Positions 1-8,343 of a stretch of 32,582 bases of DNA are shown here, piece after piece. Every line of letters begins with the position of its first letter. Within the stretch, counting starts at the first letter, position 1. The translations under genes and the position numbers were made by a program. Below the pieces are notes generated by a model, which was given only the letters and a program-made list of their open reading frames with translations, was not told the DNA's origin and did not search any database. Origin of the DNA: Alphaproteobacteria bacterium CG11_big_fil_rev_8_21_14_0_20_44_7 (GTDB lineage: Bacteria > Pseudomonadota > Alphaproteobacteria > Rickettsiales > 21-14-0-20-44-7); assembly GCA_002787615.1 (NCBI GenBank), contig PCXJ01000100.1, positions 1-32,582 on the forward strand, in the 5' to 3' direction.

Positions 1-3000
1 CCAGTATAACCCACCGTCAATGCCGGATTTGCATCACCATAGGCACGGCTGCCATCCGAGGCCGTTGCCGTCAACACTGCTTTGTTCACCGTCAATGTGC
101 CATCCACATAGTTGAAGCTATACCCAAGAGCTGAAGCTAATGTACCAACTGCTGAGGTTATTGTATAATCACCAACATTGCTTGTTGCATTTGCTGCAGA
201 TGTTGCTGATGCAGTTCCACTTGTTGCTGAACCTTCTGTGTCGCCATCTAAAAAGCCTGAGATTGTGTATGTAAGGCTATTAGCATCACCATAGGCGCGT
301 GAGGTATCATCTGCCGTTACTGTGAGTGTTGGAGCAACGCTATATAAAAACCCGTCATTACTTTCTGCAACACTAGCCGGTGCATAGCCTGCATAGGTTT
401 TGTTATAAAGTTTGAAATCTGATGTTAAACCGCCCTTAGTATTATTCGCAGGAGTTGCTGAATAGACCAACCATCTACCTGCTCCAGCATCAAGCACGTT
501 TGCATCCACGTTATTGATGAAATTCCTACCCGATGCCAAAACCAAACTATTACCCGCATCCGTTGCCGTTACCGTGCCGTTTAACGTGATATCTGCATCA
601 GCTGCCGTGGTTTGAATCGATATGCTGTCACCAGATACTGTGCCTAGGTTAAGACCACCAGTTGATGAAAAATTAACATTGCCATCAGAATTTAAATTAA
701 TTACACCGCCACCTGTTTGGGTGAATACACCGCCAGTTAATGTTAAATCATTTGAATTTTGCGTGATGAATGTAATGTTGCCACCATCAACATCGCGGTT
801 TGTAGAGAATGTATTTGTTCCAGTTTCAAAAAAATCTCCATTAGTTGCGGTAAAAGTAATATCAGAATCACCTGTTAGGGTTGCTATATCCTCAGATTGT
901 CCATAAAAATTTATGGTACCGCTATTCGCATTTCCCGCAGTTCCGGTTACAAAAGCATCACCATCCACGCTTTTTACTGCCCCCCTATTTACAAAATAAA
1001 CACCATGAACCTGTGACGCTCCTGTTGAGCTGCCTGTGCCATCAATTGTGATAGTACCAGCACCAGTACCTGTTCCAAGAGATGTAACATACCCTCTTGC
1101 AGTCACCCTAACTCCTACTCCCCAAACTCCTCCTTGTGATAGGCCTGTAATATTAATATCACCCTTATTGGTTTCAACATTATTCGTTGTTGTAAAATTG
1201 CCATTTATCAGCACGCCAATATTATGCTGACCTGCGCCAATCCCACTTGTACCATCAATATCTATATTTGCTGCATTTGTATCATCTGTGCCTGTTGAAG
1301 AAATCTGGCTTGTGCTTATATCAACCCCCGTATTATTATTTCCTGTCCCATTGCCACCAACACCATCAATATCTATGTTGCCGTCTATACTGGTAATTTT
1401 AGAAAGCTTCCCACCACCACTCTCTATAGAAACACCATAGTTCTTCTCAGTTCCCGTGCCGCCGTTTCCGTCCAATGTTATTGTGCTAGCGCCTGCGCCT
1501 GTTCCCGTTGACTGTATAACTGCCCCACGATCCATATATATACCAGTATTTTTTTGGCCTGTAGCATTGCCACCTAAACCGGTAATTAGAATATCTCCAT
1601 CAGTACTTGTTATATCCTTGTTTGTAGTGGCGCTATTACCGTATATATACACACCATAATTATTATCAACACCCCCTCCGCCTTTACCATCCAAGGTAAT
1701 ATCACCTGTTGTCGAAATTAGTGAGCTTGTACCTGTTAGATATACACCATAATTATCAGAATCAGCATCATCGCCTTCGCCGTTGATGATAATGTTGCCT
1801 GCGCCTGAAGTTAGGGTGGTGCCATCAATAGTTACACCAGCTGCATATGTTGCATTACCATGAGCTTTGCCCGTTGTCGGATCTGCGCCGCCGCCAAGGG
1901 TTATGTTGCCGCCATTGCTAGTGAATGTTGAACCTGTGATGCTTATTGCGCCATCTGAATCTGCATCTTTATCTGAATTTAGGGTGATGTTTGTTGCACC
2001 ACCGCTTGAGGTAATATCATGGGTAAATATTATGTTTCCAGCAGCTTCAACAGTGTAATCAGCATCAATTGCAATGTTTGCATTGCTGGTGAAATCACCA
2101 CCTGTTCTAAAGGTAACATCACCATCCCAAGTATTTATATAATCTGTAACTACACCGCCATCGCTGCGACCAAATACAAAATCTGCAAACTCTGCTCGCA
2201 TTAATGTGATGAATGCATCAGTCAAAATAACATCACCTGTTCCGCCATCACCAGCGTCTAAGGTGTTGCCTGTTGTATATTGTTCATAGGTGAATATACC
2301 TGTATCATCACCGTCAATTATTCCGCTTAAGGTTAGGCTATCTGCGCGGATTGTTAGGTTCTTTGCAACAGCAGACGAAGTTGCATTTATTTCAACGTTA
2401 CTAGCACCAGCGCCTGCACCCGTAAGTGACAAAATTCCAGCGCCTGTAATTTCAGCTAATGCATTATTATAAAAATATAAGCCCTTGCCGCTAGTTCCAT
2501 TACCCACGCCAGTTATACTGATATTTCCCGCTACGCTGCTAAAATCCTTATTGGTAGCGGAGCCGCCACCATCAATATAAACACCGTGATTGTTGCTTGT
2601 ACCAGTACCACCCGTACCAATTAATGTTATATTCCCTGCACCAGCTCCCGTTCCAGTTGAAGCAATACCGACTCTATTCAACAAGTAAATGCCACTATTG
2701 TTATTGGAGCTACCATTACCGCCTATACCAGTAACGCTGATATCACCATCTATAGTGGTTATTTCATTATTTGTATCATCAGCACCACCATCTATACGCA
2801 CACCATAGTTACTACTTGCACCGACATTGCTACCCGTACCGCTTATAGTGATGTTTGCTGCATTTGCTCCTAACCCTGTGGAGGCAATTTGTGCGAGGTT
2901 ATAAAGATATAATCCGAAATTATTATTCCCACTCCCTCCGCCTATACCGGTTATACTGATATCACCGGCTACACTTTCTATTTCCTTATTTGTAGCACTA

Positions 3001-5864
3001 AGATCACCATCAATTTTAATACCATAATCTGAGCCTGTGCCAGCGCCGGCGGTGCCGTTAATTGTTATAGTTGCTGCATTAGCTGCATCTGCGCCTGTTG
3101 AGGATATTTTAGCCTTATTTGAAAGCCAAATACCATGGTTGGTGAAGCTAGAGCCGCTACCACCTAAGCCAGTTAGGCTAATCGCTCCATCAATGGAGCT
3201 AATATCTGTGTTGGTTTCAGAATTACCACCATTAATTACAATACCAAAATTATTACTTGTACCAACTCCGCCTGTTCCATCCAATGTGATTGTACCCGCG
3301 TCCGCACCCGTTCCTGCGGAAACAATGCCAGCATTGTTCAACATATAGATACCATTATTATTTGAGCCAGAGCTGTTGCCACCAACACCGGTAATACTAA
3401 TATCACCATCAATTGTTATTACTTCATTATTGTCATCATCTACATCACCATCAATAATCACGCCATATTGTGAATCAGTGCCACTCGCAGCACCATTACC
3501 GACTATCGTAATGTTTGCAGCATCTGCACCTGTTCCTGTTGAAGATATAACGGCTTTGTTTTGAATAAAAACACCGGCATTATTACTACCATTTGTTCCT
3601 CCGGTTCCCGTGATGCTAATATCGCCGTAGCCACTTTCAATATCGGGGTTTGTGGCATCGTTGCCGCCATCGATAATAACGCCGTAATCAGAACTAGAGC
3701 CGGCACCGCCGGTGCCATTGATTGTAATAGTTCCAGCACTTGCGCCTGTACCGGATGAAACTATACGGGCACCTAGAGCAAGAGAAACACCATAGTTTCT
3801 AATGCTTGATCCATTGCCACCAACCCCAGTAATACTTATATCTCCATCAACTGTGCTAATTTCATCATTTGTATCATCTGAATCACCATCAATATAAACC
3901 CCATAATTACTAGCTCCACCATTACCACCCTGACCACTCAGCGTTATATTACCCGTTGTTGAAGATAGTGAACTTGTATTTGTTAGTCTTACGCCAAAAT
4001 TATTATCACCAGCATCATCCCCCTCGCCGTTTATTATTATATTCCCCGCGCCTGTGGTGAAGTTAGAGCCATCAATAGTTACACCGCTTGCATAAGTTGC
4101 ATTACCATGAGCTTTGCCAGTGGTTGGGTCTGCACCGCCGCCTAAGGTTATGTTGCCGCCATTAGTGGTGAAAGTTGCGCCGGTTATGCTAATCGCACCG
4201 TCGCTATTTGCGTCAGAGTCGGAATTTAAAACAATATTCAGCTTGTTTAGCGTAGAAACTATATTTGCCCCTGATGTAAAGATTATATCGCCAATCGCCT
4301 TAAGAGTTAATGTTGCATCGCCGCCGGCAGATTTACTGATAGCATTATTAACCGTGATATGTCCTCCCTCCGCATTCGTGCCAGCGGAGTTGGTTTGAAT
4401 CAAAACGTCTGTGCCTGCATTAAGAGCTGTTTCTATGCTACCTGTTGTAACTATCGCCGCATCATTTGTGGTTGTGAAGTTTGGAGTAGCATTTACATTT
4501 GTATCCGAACCTGCGGTTTGAATAGTGATGTTGTTGGGGTCTAGTAACCATGTTTTTGCTAAGGCTAGACCGCTCACATTAAGCTTATTCTTACCTGAAG
4601 TTTCAACAAACCCGCTTTCGCCAACACCTTTTGCTAAAGCTGTGATTAAACCATAAAAATCCGTTCTTTCATCAGACCAAACAATCACCCTACCCGCATC
4701 GCCATCGCCAATTGAATCAGCGTGGATTTTTGTGCCCGAGCCGATGAATGAGAATTTTGCGTTTGGCGTATCACCTGTACCAAGATAATCACCACCGATT
4801 TTAATATCACCACCACCATTAAATCCCGAAGCGTCAATTAATGTATTCCCCAAAGTTGCGATGTTATCAGCCAAAATCTCAATTGCCCCGCCCTGCTCTC
4901 CAGCATTCTTGCCGGACACATCCAAAACCGCATCGGCAATTTTTACGGTGCTGCTGCCCTGTTTTTTATCTTTATCGGCTTTTACATTTCTCCTGACCGC
5001 ATTTGAGCCTTCAGCATAAATAAAGATTTTGCCGTTCTTTTGCTTAACAGCAGGAGCTTTAAGTTCCCCTTTAATATCTATCAGACTATTGACGATATTT
5101 TTCCCTGCTGCGGCGGTTAGGATTATACTACCACCTGCAGCTTCAATTGTTCCTGTGTTCTTGATTAGCTGGCTCTTTACGGCTTCGCTTACCTCGATTT
5201 CCATCAAGCCGTCACCATACATATCCACCGCGAAACTATCTCCAGAAGCAAGTTCAACCCTGCCTAACCCAGCTCTGATAACCCCACTATTTTCAACATT
5301 TGGCGCAACTAAGCCAACCAAACCAGCCTCTTTTGCAGTTATTCTCCCTTCATTAATGATTTTCGCATCAGGATTCCCCGGCTTATTGAAGCTAAGCTTC
5401 TGATTGTTCATAAATTTATCATTATCGATATCAGATGTTGTCGCAACAAGGCCATTTACGTCAATTACCGAGTCCTTGCCAAACCTAATACCTGCCGGGT
5501 TAACCAATATGACATTGCCATTAGCGGTTAATTTACCCATGATTTGCGATGGATTCGCATTATTCACGCGGTTTAGTGCTACAGAATTATTTGAAGGCTG
5601 ATGGAATTCGGTATGCTCGTTCACATCAATGTCAAAACTGCGCCAATCTATAATAACCTTGCTGCTATGCTGGTGAATATCTAGCTTAGTGCCAGATTCA
5701 GATATATCAGCACTTCCGGAAGAAATCTCTCCCCCCTCAGGATTCGCCATCGCTGAAAGAGAGGTACTACAAAACAATGCCGCCGCAAGCGATACATTGC
5801 GCGAAACCCTTACGAGCCTTGACTCTAGCCTCTTAAGCTCAGCCCTTGTTGGTTGTAATACCAT
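1..5864 (-). CDS. TpsA-family large exoprotein (filamentous haemagglutinin-like), 3' end beyond window edge
   Basis: Minus-strand ORF from ATG 5864 (in-frame TAG at 5874-5876 upstream) stays open for 1954 codons to base 1, by hand translation. The N-terminus MVLQPTRAELKRLESRLVRVSRNVSLAAALFCSTSLSAMA is signal-like. TPS/haemagg_act motifs follow (ALNRVNNANPSQIMGKLTANGNVILVNPAGIRFG), then a GFVETSGK motif and long Gly/Thr/Asn/Ile repeats. The last visible part has MBG-type repeats (TLTVTADDTSRAYGDAN...GTLTVNKAVLTATASDGSRAYGDANP). It lies 56 nt downstream of tpsB on the same strand. Confidence 0.9.
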   Translation of the reverse strand, partial: MVLQPTRAELKRLESRLVRVSRNVSLAAALFCSTSLSAMANPEGGEISSGSADISESGTKLDIHQHSSKVIIDWRSFDIDVNEHTEFHQPSNNSVALNRVNNANPSQIMGKLTANGNVILVNPAGIRFGKDSVIDVNGLVATTSDIDNDKFMNNQKLSFNKPGNPDAKIINEGRITAKEAGLVGLVAPNVENSGVIRAGLGRVELASGDSFAVDMYGDGLMEIEVSEAVKSQLIKNTGTIEAAGGSIILTAAAGKNIVNSLIDIKGELKAPAVKQKNGKIFIYAEGSNAVRRNVKADKDKKQGSSTVKIADAVLDVSGKNAGEQGGAIEILADNIATLGNTLIDASGFNGGGDIKIGGDYLGTGDTPNAKFSFIGSGTKIHADSIGDGDAGRVIVWSDERTDFYGLITALAKGVGESGFVETSGKNKLNVSGLALAKTWLLDPNNITIQTAGSDTNVNATPNFTTTNDAAIVTTGSIETALNAGTDVLIQTNSAGTNAEGGHITVNNAISKSAGGDATLTLKAIGDIIFTSGANIVSTLNKLNIVLNSDSDANSDGAISITGATFTTNGGNITLGGGADPTTGKAHGNATYASGVTIDGSNFTTGAGNIIINGEGDDAGDNNFGVRLTNTSSLSSTTGNITLSGQGGNGGASNYGVYIDGDSDDTNDEISTVDGDISITGVGGNGSSIRNYGVSLALGARIVSSGTGASAGTITINGTGGAGSSSDYGVIIDGGNDATNPDIESGYGDISITGTGGTNGSNNAGVFIQNKAVISSTGTGADAANITIVGNGAASGTDSQYGVIIDGDVDDDNNEVITIDGDISITGVGGNSSGSNNNGIYMLNNAGIVSAGTGADAGTITLDGTGGVGTSNNFGIVINGGNSETNTDISSIDGAISLTGLGGSGSSFTNHGIWLSNKAKISSTGADAANAATITINGTAGAGTGSDYGIKIDGDLSATNKEIESVAGDISITGIGGGSGNNNFGLYLYNLAQIASTGLGANAANITISGTGSNVGASSNYGVRIDGGADDTNNEITTIDGDISVTGIGGNGSSNNNSGIYLLNRVGIASTGTGAGAGNITLIGTGGTGTSNNHGVYIDGGGSATNKDFSSVAGNISITGVGNGTSGKGLYFYNNALAEITGAGILSLTGAGAGASNVEINATSSAVAKNLTIRADSLTLSGIIDGDDTGIFTYEQYTTGNTLDAGDGGTGDVILTDAFITLMRAEFADFVFGRSDGGVVTDYINTWDGDVTFRTGGDFTSNANIAIDADYTVEAAGNIIFTHDITSSGGATNITLNSDKDADSDGAISITGSTFTSNGGNITLGGGADPTTGKAHGNATYAAGVTIDGTTLTSGAGNIIINGEGDDADSDNYGVYLTGTSSLISTTGDITLDGKGGGGVDNNYGVYIYGNSATTNKDITSTDGDILITGLGGNATGQKNTGIYMDRGAVIQSTGTGAGASTITLDGNGGTGTEKNYGVSIESGGGKLSKITSIDGNIDIDGVGGNGTGNNNTGVDISTSQISSTGTDDTNAANIDIDGTSGIGAGQHNIGVLINGNFTTTNNVETNKGDINITGLSQGGVWGVGVRVTARGYVTSLGTGTGAGTITIDGTGSSTGASQVHGVYFVNRGAVKSVDGDAFVTGTAGNANSGTINFYGQSEDIATLTGDSDITFTATNGDFFETGTNTFSTNRDVDGGNITFITQNSNDLTLTGGVFTQTGGGVINLNSDGNVNFSSTGGLNLGTVSGDSISIQTTAADADITLNGTVTATDAGNSLVLASGRNFINNVDANVLDAGAGRWLVYSATPANNTKGGLTSDFKLYNKTYAGYAPASVAESNDGFLYSVAPTLTVTADDTSRAYGDANSLTYTISGFLDGDTEGSATSGTASATSAANATSNVGDYTITSAVGTLASALGYSFNYVDGTLTVNKAVLTATASDGSRAYGDANPALTVGYT
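915..1706 (-). repeat. Second in-frame array of the same 72-aa unit inside tpsA (about 3.5 units)
   Basis: Units begin ITLDGKGGGGVDNNYGVYIYG, ITLDGNGGTGTEKNYGVSIES, IDIDGTSGIGAGQHNIGVLING and ITIDGTGSSTGASQVHGVYFVN. The array is preceded (1707-2010) by a leader segment homologous to 3951-4262, at an offset of 2247 nt. Confidence 0.7.
2440..3950 (-). repeat. In-frame tandem array inside tpsA, about 7 units of ~216 nt (72 aa, each made of two ~36-aa half repeats)
   Basis: The recurring peptide pattern is ITI.GTGG.G.S..YGV.IDG....TN..I.S.DGDISITG.GGNGS..NN.GI.L.N.A.I.STGTGA.A.. I read it seven times in the hand translation. The copies are diverged at DNA level. Confidence 0.75.
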
Positions 5865-5920
5865 AACATAATGCTACCATAACAAGGTTAACACAGACTT
5901 AATAAACCACTGTATTTTAA

Positions 5921-7597
5921 TTAGAAAGTTTTCTTAACGCTAAACAAAATCCTTGGATTTTTCTCACTTCCCAGCTGCGGCGCATCAGTGGTCTTCGTAA
6001 GCGGCAAAGCAACACCTAAATTAACCGCAACTCCAGATTCATGCGCAGCATAAATTCCAAGCCCAGCGGAGCTTGCAGAGATTTGCCCTATTTGCGCAAT
6101 ATCATCGTTATACACTCTCCCAATATCATAAAAAGCATATGGAACTAGCCTTATATTTTCTATATTTTCAACACCTAAATAGCGCATTTCCAAAGAAGCA
6201 GACACACCTTCATCTCCAGCAATTTCGGATGCATCATAAGCGCGTCCAAATCCTTGGCCACCATAGCCATACTCTTCAGAGGAAAACAAAGCTCCGGAGG
6301 ATAGCTGCCCACTAACGGATGCAATGGCTAAAATATCATCAGTTACAGTCTGCATACGCGTATAATAAGCCTCTAATTTTATAAAATCCTCCTCGGCTTG
6401 CGCGCGTGATAAGTTCAAATCACCATCCTCACTTGCGCCAAAAATGCCTAGTCCACGGCTAACAACAAAATTAAAATAATTATAACCACTCCACTCGTCT
6501 GATGTATCATAATAAGCACCAAAGCGCAGTGCCCGAATTCTATCCCGCGTTAATGGGGCACCTAGAGTTTCACTATTGGTATTCTTCGCATCCAATACAA
6601 GGTTTAGCAACAGATTCTCTTCCCTCTGACGAATGGCTTGGTAATTAAGCCCCAAGCTAGCATTGACAGAATCGCTCCGAATCTCATCATTTTCCAACGA
6701 GAACCCAGGAGCCGCCTTTACATAACTCCCACCCAGCTCCAAATTCAAACCTGCAAGAATCGGAATTTGATGACTAAGAGCAATATATTTCAATTCATCA
6801 CTTGGTGTAGTTGCGAGTAGAGAAATATTCGTATTTTGCAAGGAAATCAAGCTATCATGATAGTTAAAATTCAATTGATATGGCCCCAAATATCTTGAAC
6901 CAAAATTATCATAACTTATCATACCCACGCCAGCTTCATCATTTGCCAAAAGATTCAGCCTAACTCCACCCTCATTGTCGAGCAAAGCCTCCAGAACCGC
7001 TCTGAAAGTTACGCCCGGCAAATCATTCAATTTCAGTAGAAAACTCTCAATTTCTTGCGCTTTTATCGGCTTGGCTTCGGCAATTTTTCTGATTTCACGC
7101 TTTATAAGCCACTCATTACTCAAATCATCATCATCGAGGATAACTTCGCCTATGTATCCCTCAACAACCCGTATTATCACTATACCACTTTCCGTTTCTT
7201 GGGCAGGAATAAATGCCCGCGACAAGAAATAACCTTCATTATGATACTTCTCGGTAATTTCATTTGCTATTAACCATATCACGTCTAAACTTATCTCTTT
7301 ATCCAGATATTTATCATAAATTGCTGATATTTCAGACTTACTAAATGCGGTCATCCCATCAACTTCTACACCCCTTAAAACAAATACAATTTCTTTTGCA
7401 CCTTTCGGCGGCGTGCTTAAGCCCGATAGCGACCTAGGCATTTTAACGTCCTCATCCCCTATTCTTTGAGGGAGAAGACTCTTTTGCAGTGGAGTTATTC
7501 TTTCAGACTCTGCCGAAGTCGGAACATCCAAAGCCAGAGATGGCATTGCCATAGCAATTATTAGCAATAATAAGTTTACGAATATGACTTTTATCAT
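5921..7597 (-). CDS. TpsB outer-membrane transporter (ShlB/FhaC/HecB family, POTRA + beta-barrel)
   Basis: 558-aa ORF with signal peptide MIKVIFVNLLLLIIAMAMPSLA. It has a POTRA-like N-terminal region, a barrel with alternating aromatic/Gly strands and a terminal ...ILFSVKKTF. It lies immediately upstream of the TPS-domain exoprotein gene. Confidence 0.85.
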   Translation of the reverse strand: MIKVIFVNLLLLIIAMAMPSLALDVPTSAESERITPLQKSLLPQRIGDEDVKMPRSLSGLSTPPKGAKEIVFVLRGVEVDGMTAFSKSEISAIYDKYLDKEISLDVIWLIANEITEKYHNEGYFLSRAFIPAQETESGIVIIRVVEGYIGEVILDDDDLSNEWLIKREIRKIAEAKPIKAQEIESFLLKLNDLPGVTFRAVLEALLDNEGGVRLNLLANDEAGVGMISYDNFGSRYLGPYQLNFNYHDSLISLQNTNISLLATTPSDELKYIALSHQIPILAGLNLELGGSYVKAAPGFSLENDEIRSDSVNASLGLNYQAIRQREENLLLNLVLDAKNTNSETLGAPLTRDRIRALRFGAYYDTSDEWSGYNYFNFVVSRGLGIFGASEDGDLNLSRAQAEEDFIKLEAYYTRMQTVTDDILAIASVSGQLSSGALFSSEEYGYGGQGFGRAYDASEIAGDEGVSASLEMRYLGVENIENIRLVPYAFYDIGRVYNDDIAQIGQISASSAGLGIYAAHESGVAVNLGVALPLTKTTDAPQLGSEKNPRILFSVKKTF

Positions 7598-7855
7598 AAC
7601 AGCTTGGAATAAGTTTTTGCGACACGTATGCTAATAAATACCTAGTAAGCGCCGCAGAATTTAATAGCTTATATACACCGCATTTGCAAAATATTTCTCC
7701 AATCTAGGCCAAATTCCCATAATTCATCTTATATACCTTGGAACTTTGAGCCATCTAGCTGATCACTCGTTGGTTTGATAACTATGCATCATACACATAA
7801 TACACATAGCGTAATTTAAAGAAGCAATATCTCGACAAAAATTGTAAAGAAATCT

Positions 7856-7884
7856 TTGACGTGTCAAAAACAATCTGTTAAAAG
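7856..7884 (+). promoter_or_regulatory. Candidate sigma70-type promoter for tRNA-Glu
   Basis: TTGACG (7856-7861), a 17-nt spacer, then TAAAAG (7879-7884), ending 18 nt before the tRNA 5' end. This is a pattern match only. Confidence 0.3.
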
Positions 7885-7902
7885 CTCCTATTCCTGATTT
7901 GC

Positions 7903-7977
7903 GACCCCTTCGTCTAGCGGTTAGGACACCACCCTTTCACGGTGGGAACACGGGTTCGATTCCCGTAGGGGTCGCCA
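7903..7977 (+). tRNA. tRNA-Glu (anticodon UUC), CCA encoded
   Basis: Cloverleaf folded by hand. Acceptor stem is GACCCCT/AGGGGTC, anticodon stem CCACC/GGTGG with loop CTTTCAC, and T arm ACGGG-TTCGATT-CCCGT. Discriminator is G followed by CCA. The sequence closely resembles canonical bacterial tRNA-Glu. Confidence 0.93.
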
Positions 7978-8028
7978 AACATACCAATCTCACTACATCT
8001 CATATCACCTCACGCAGCCTCGCAAACC

Positions 8029-8049
8029 CCTTGCCACGCAAGGCTTTTT
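8029..8049 (+). terminator. Rho-independent terminator-like hairpin after tRNA-Glu
   Basis: CCTTGC-CAC-GCAAGG followed by CTTTTT. The stem is short (6 bp). Confidence 0.45.
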
Positions 8050-8168
8050 GTGCTATAGATAGTCTCATGTAATATCATGCTGTCTCGTTAAATCCCACTC
8101 TTTTAGGGGAAATAAAAGGGAAACATGATAATAGGGAAATAATTTGTTTCCCCAAAGGATTTGAGCCA

Positions 8169-8312
8169 ATGGGAAAGCTAACTGCAAAGCAAGTTGAGAA
8201 CGCTAAGCCGAAGGATAAGACATACAGGCTCTTTGATGGGCATGGCATGTACCTAGAAGTTCCCCCAAAAGGCAGAGCTTCGTTCAATAGGAATGCACCA
8301 AAGCCTTCTTGA
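8169..8312 (+). pseudogene. N-terminal remnant of a P4-type tyrosine integrase (arm-binding DUF4102-like domain only)
   Basis: The 47-codon ORF MGKLTAKQVENAKPKDKTYRLFDGHGMYLEVPPKGRASFNRNAPKPS* matches the canonical integrase start (LT.KQV..AKP..K.Y.L.DG.GLYL.V.P.G) for about 36 aa. It then diverges and stops, and no catalytic domain follows. It begins 192 nt downstream of the tRNA-Glu 3' end on the same strand. Confidence 0.75.
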
Positions 8313-8343
8313 CTCTCGAAGCAGAAGCAAAGGCTAAGCCAAC

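Noticed and set aside
915-3950. Regular ~216-nt periodicity that could suggest a CRISPR or satellite array
   Set aside because: The periodicity is in-frame protein repeats inside tpsA. The units are diverged, there are no conserved short direct repeats with unique spacers, and no cas genes are present.
622-5871. Many 60-124-aa plus-strand ORFs rich in Pro/Val/Ile/Ser (for example 622-906, 3037-3348, 4114-4398, 5029-5403)
   Set aside because: They are antisense readings of the Gly/Thr/Asn/Ile-rich tpsA frame. The minus strand carries one uninterrupted 1954-codon ORF with clear TPS-domain motifs.
7765-7790. Possible second Fur box upstream of tpsB (TTTGATAACTATGCATCATACA)
   Set aside because: It matches the 19-bp consensus at only about 9/19 positions, which is indistinguishable from AT-rich background.
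8075-8287. 70-aa minus-strand ORF next to tRNA-Glu
   Set aside because: It lies antisense to the plus-strand integrase N-terminal remnant, whose translation matches a well-known family. The minus-strand product has no features.
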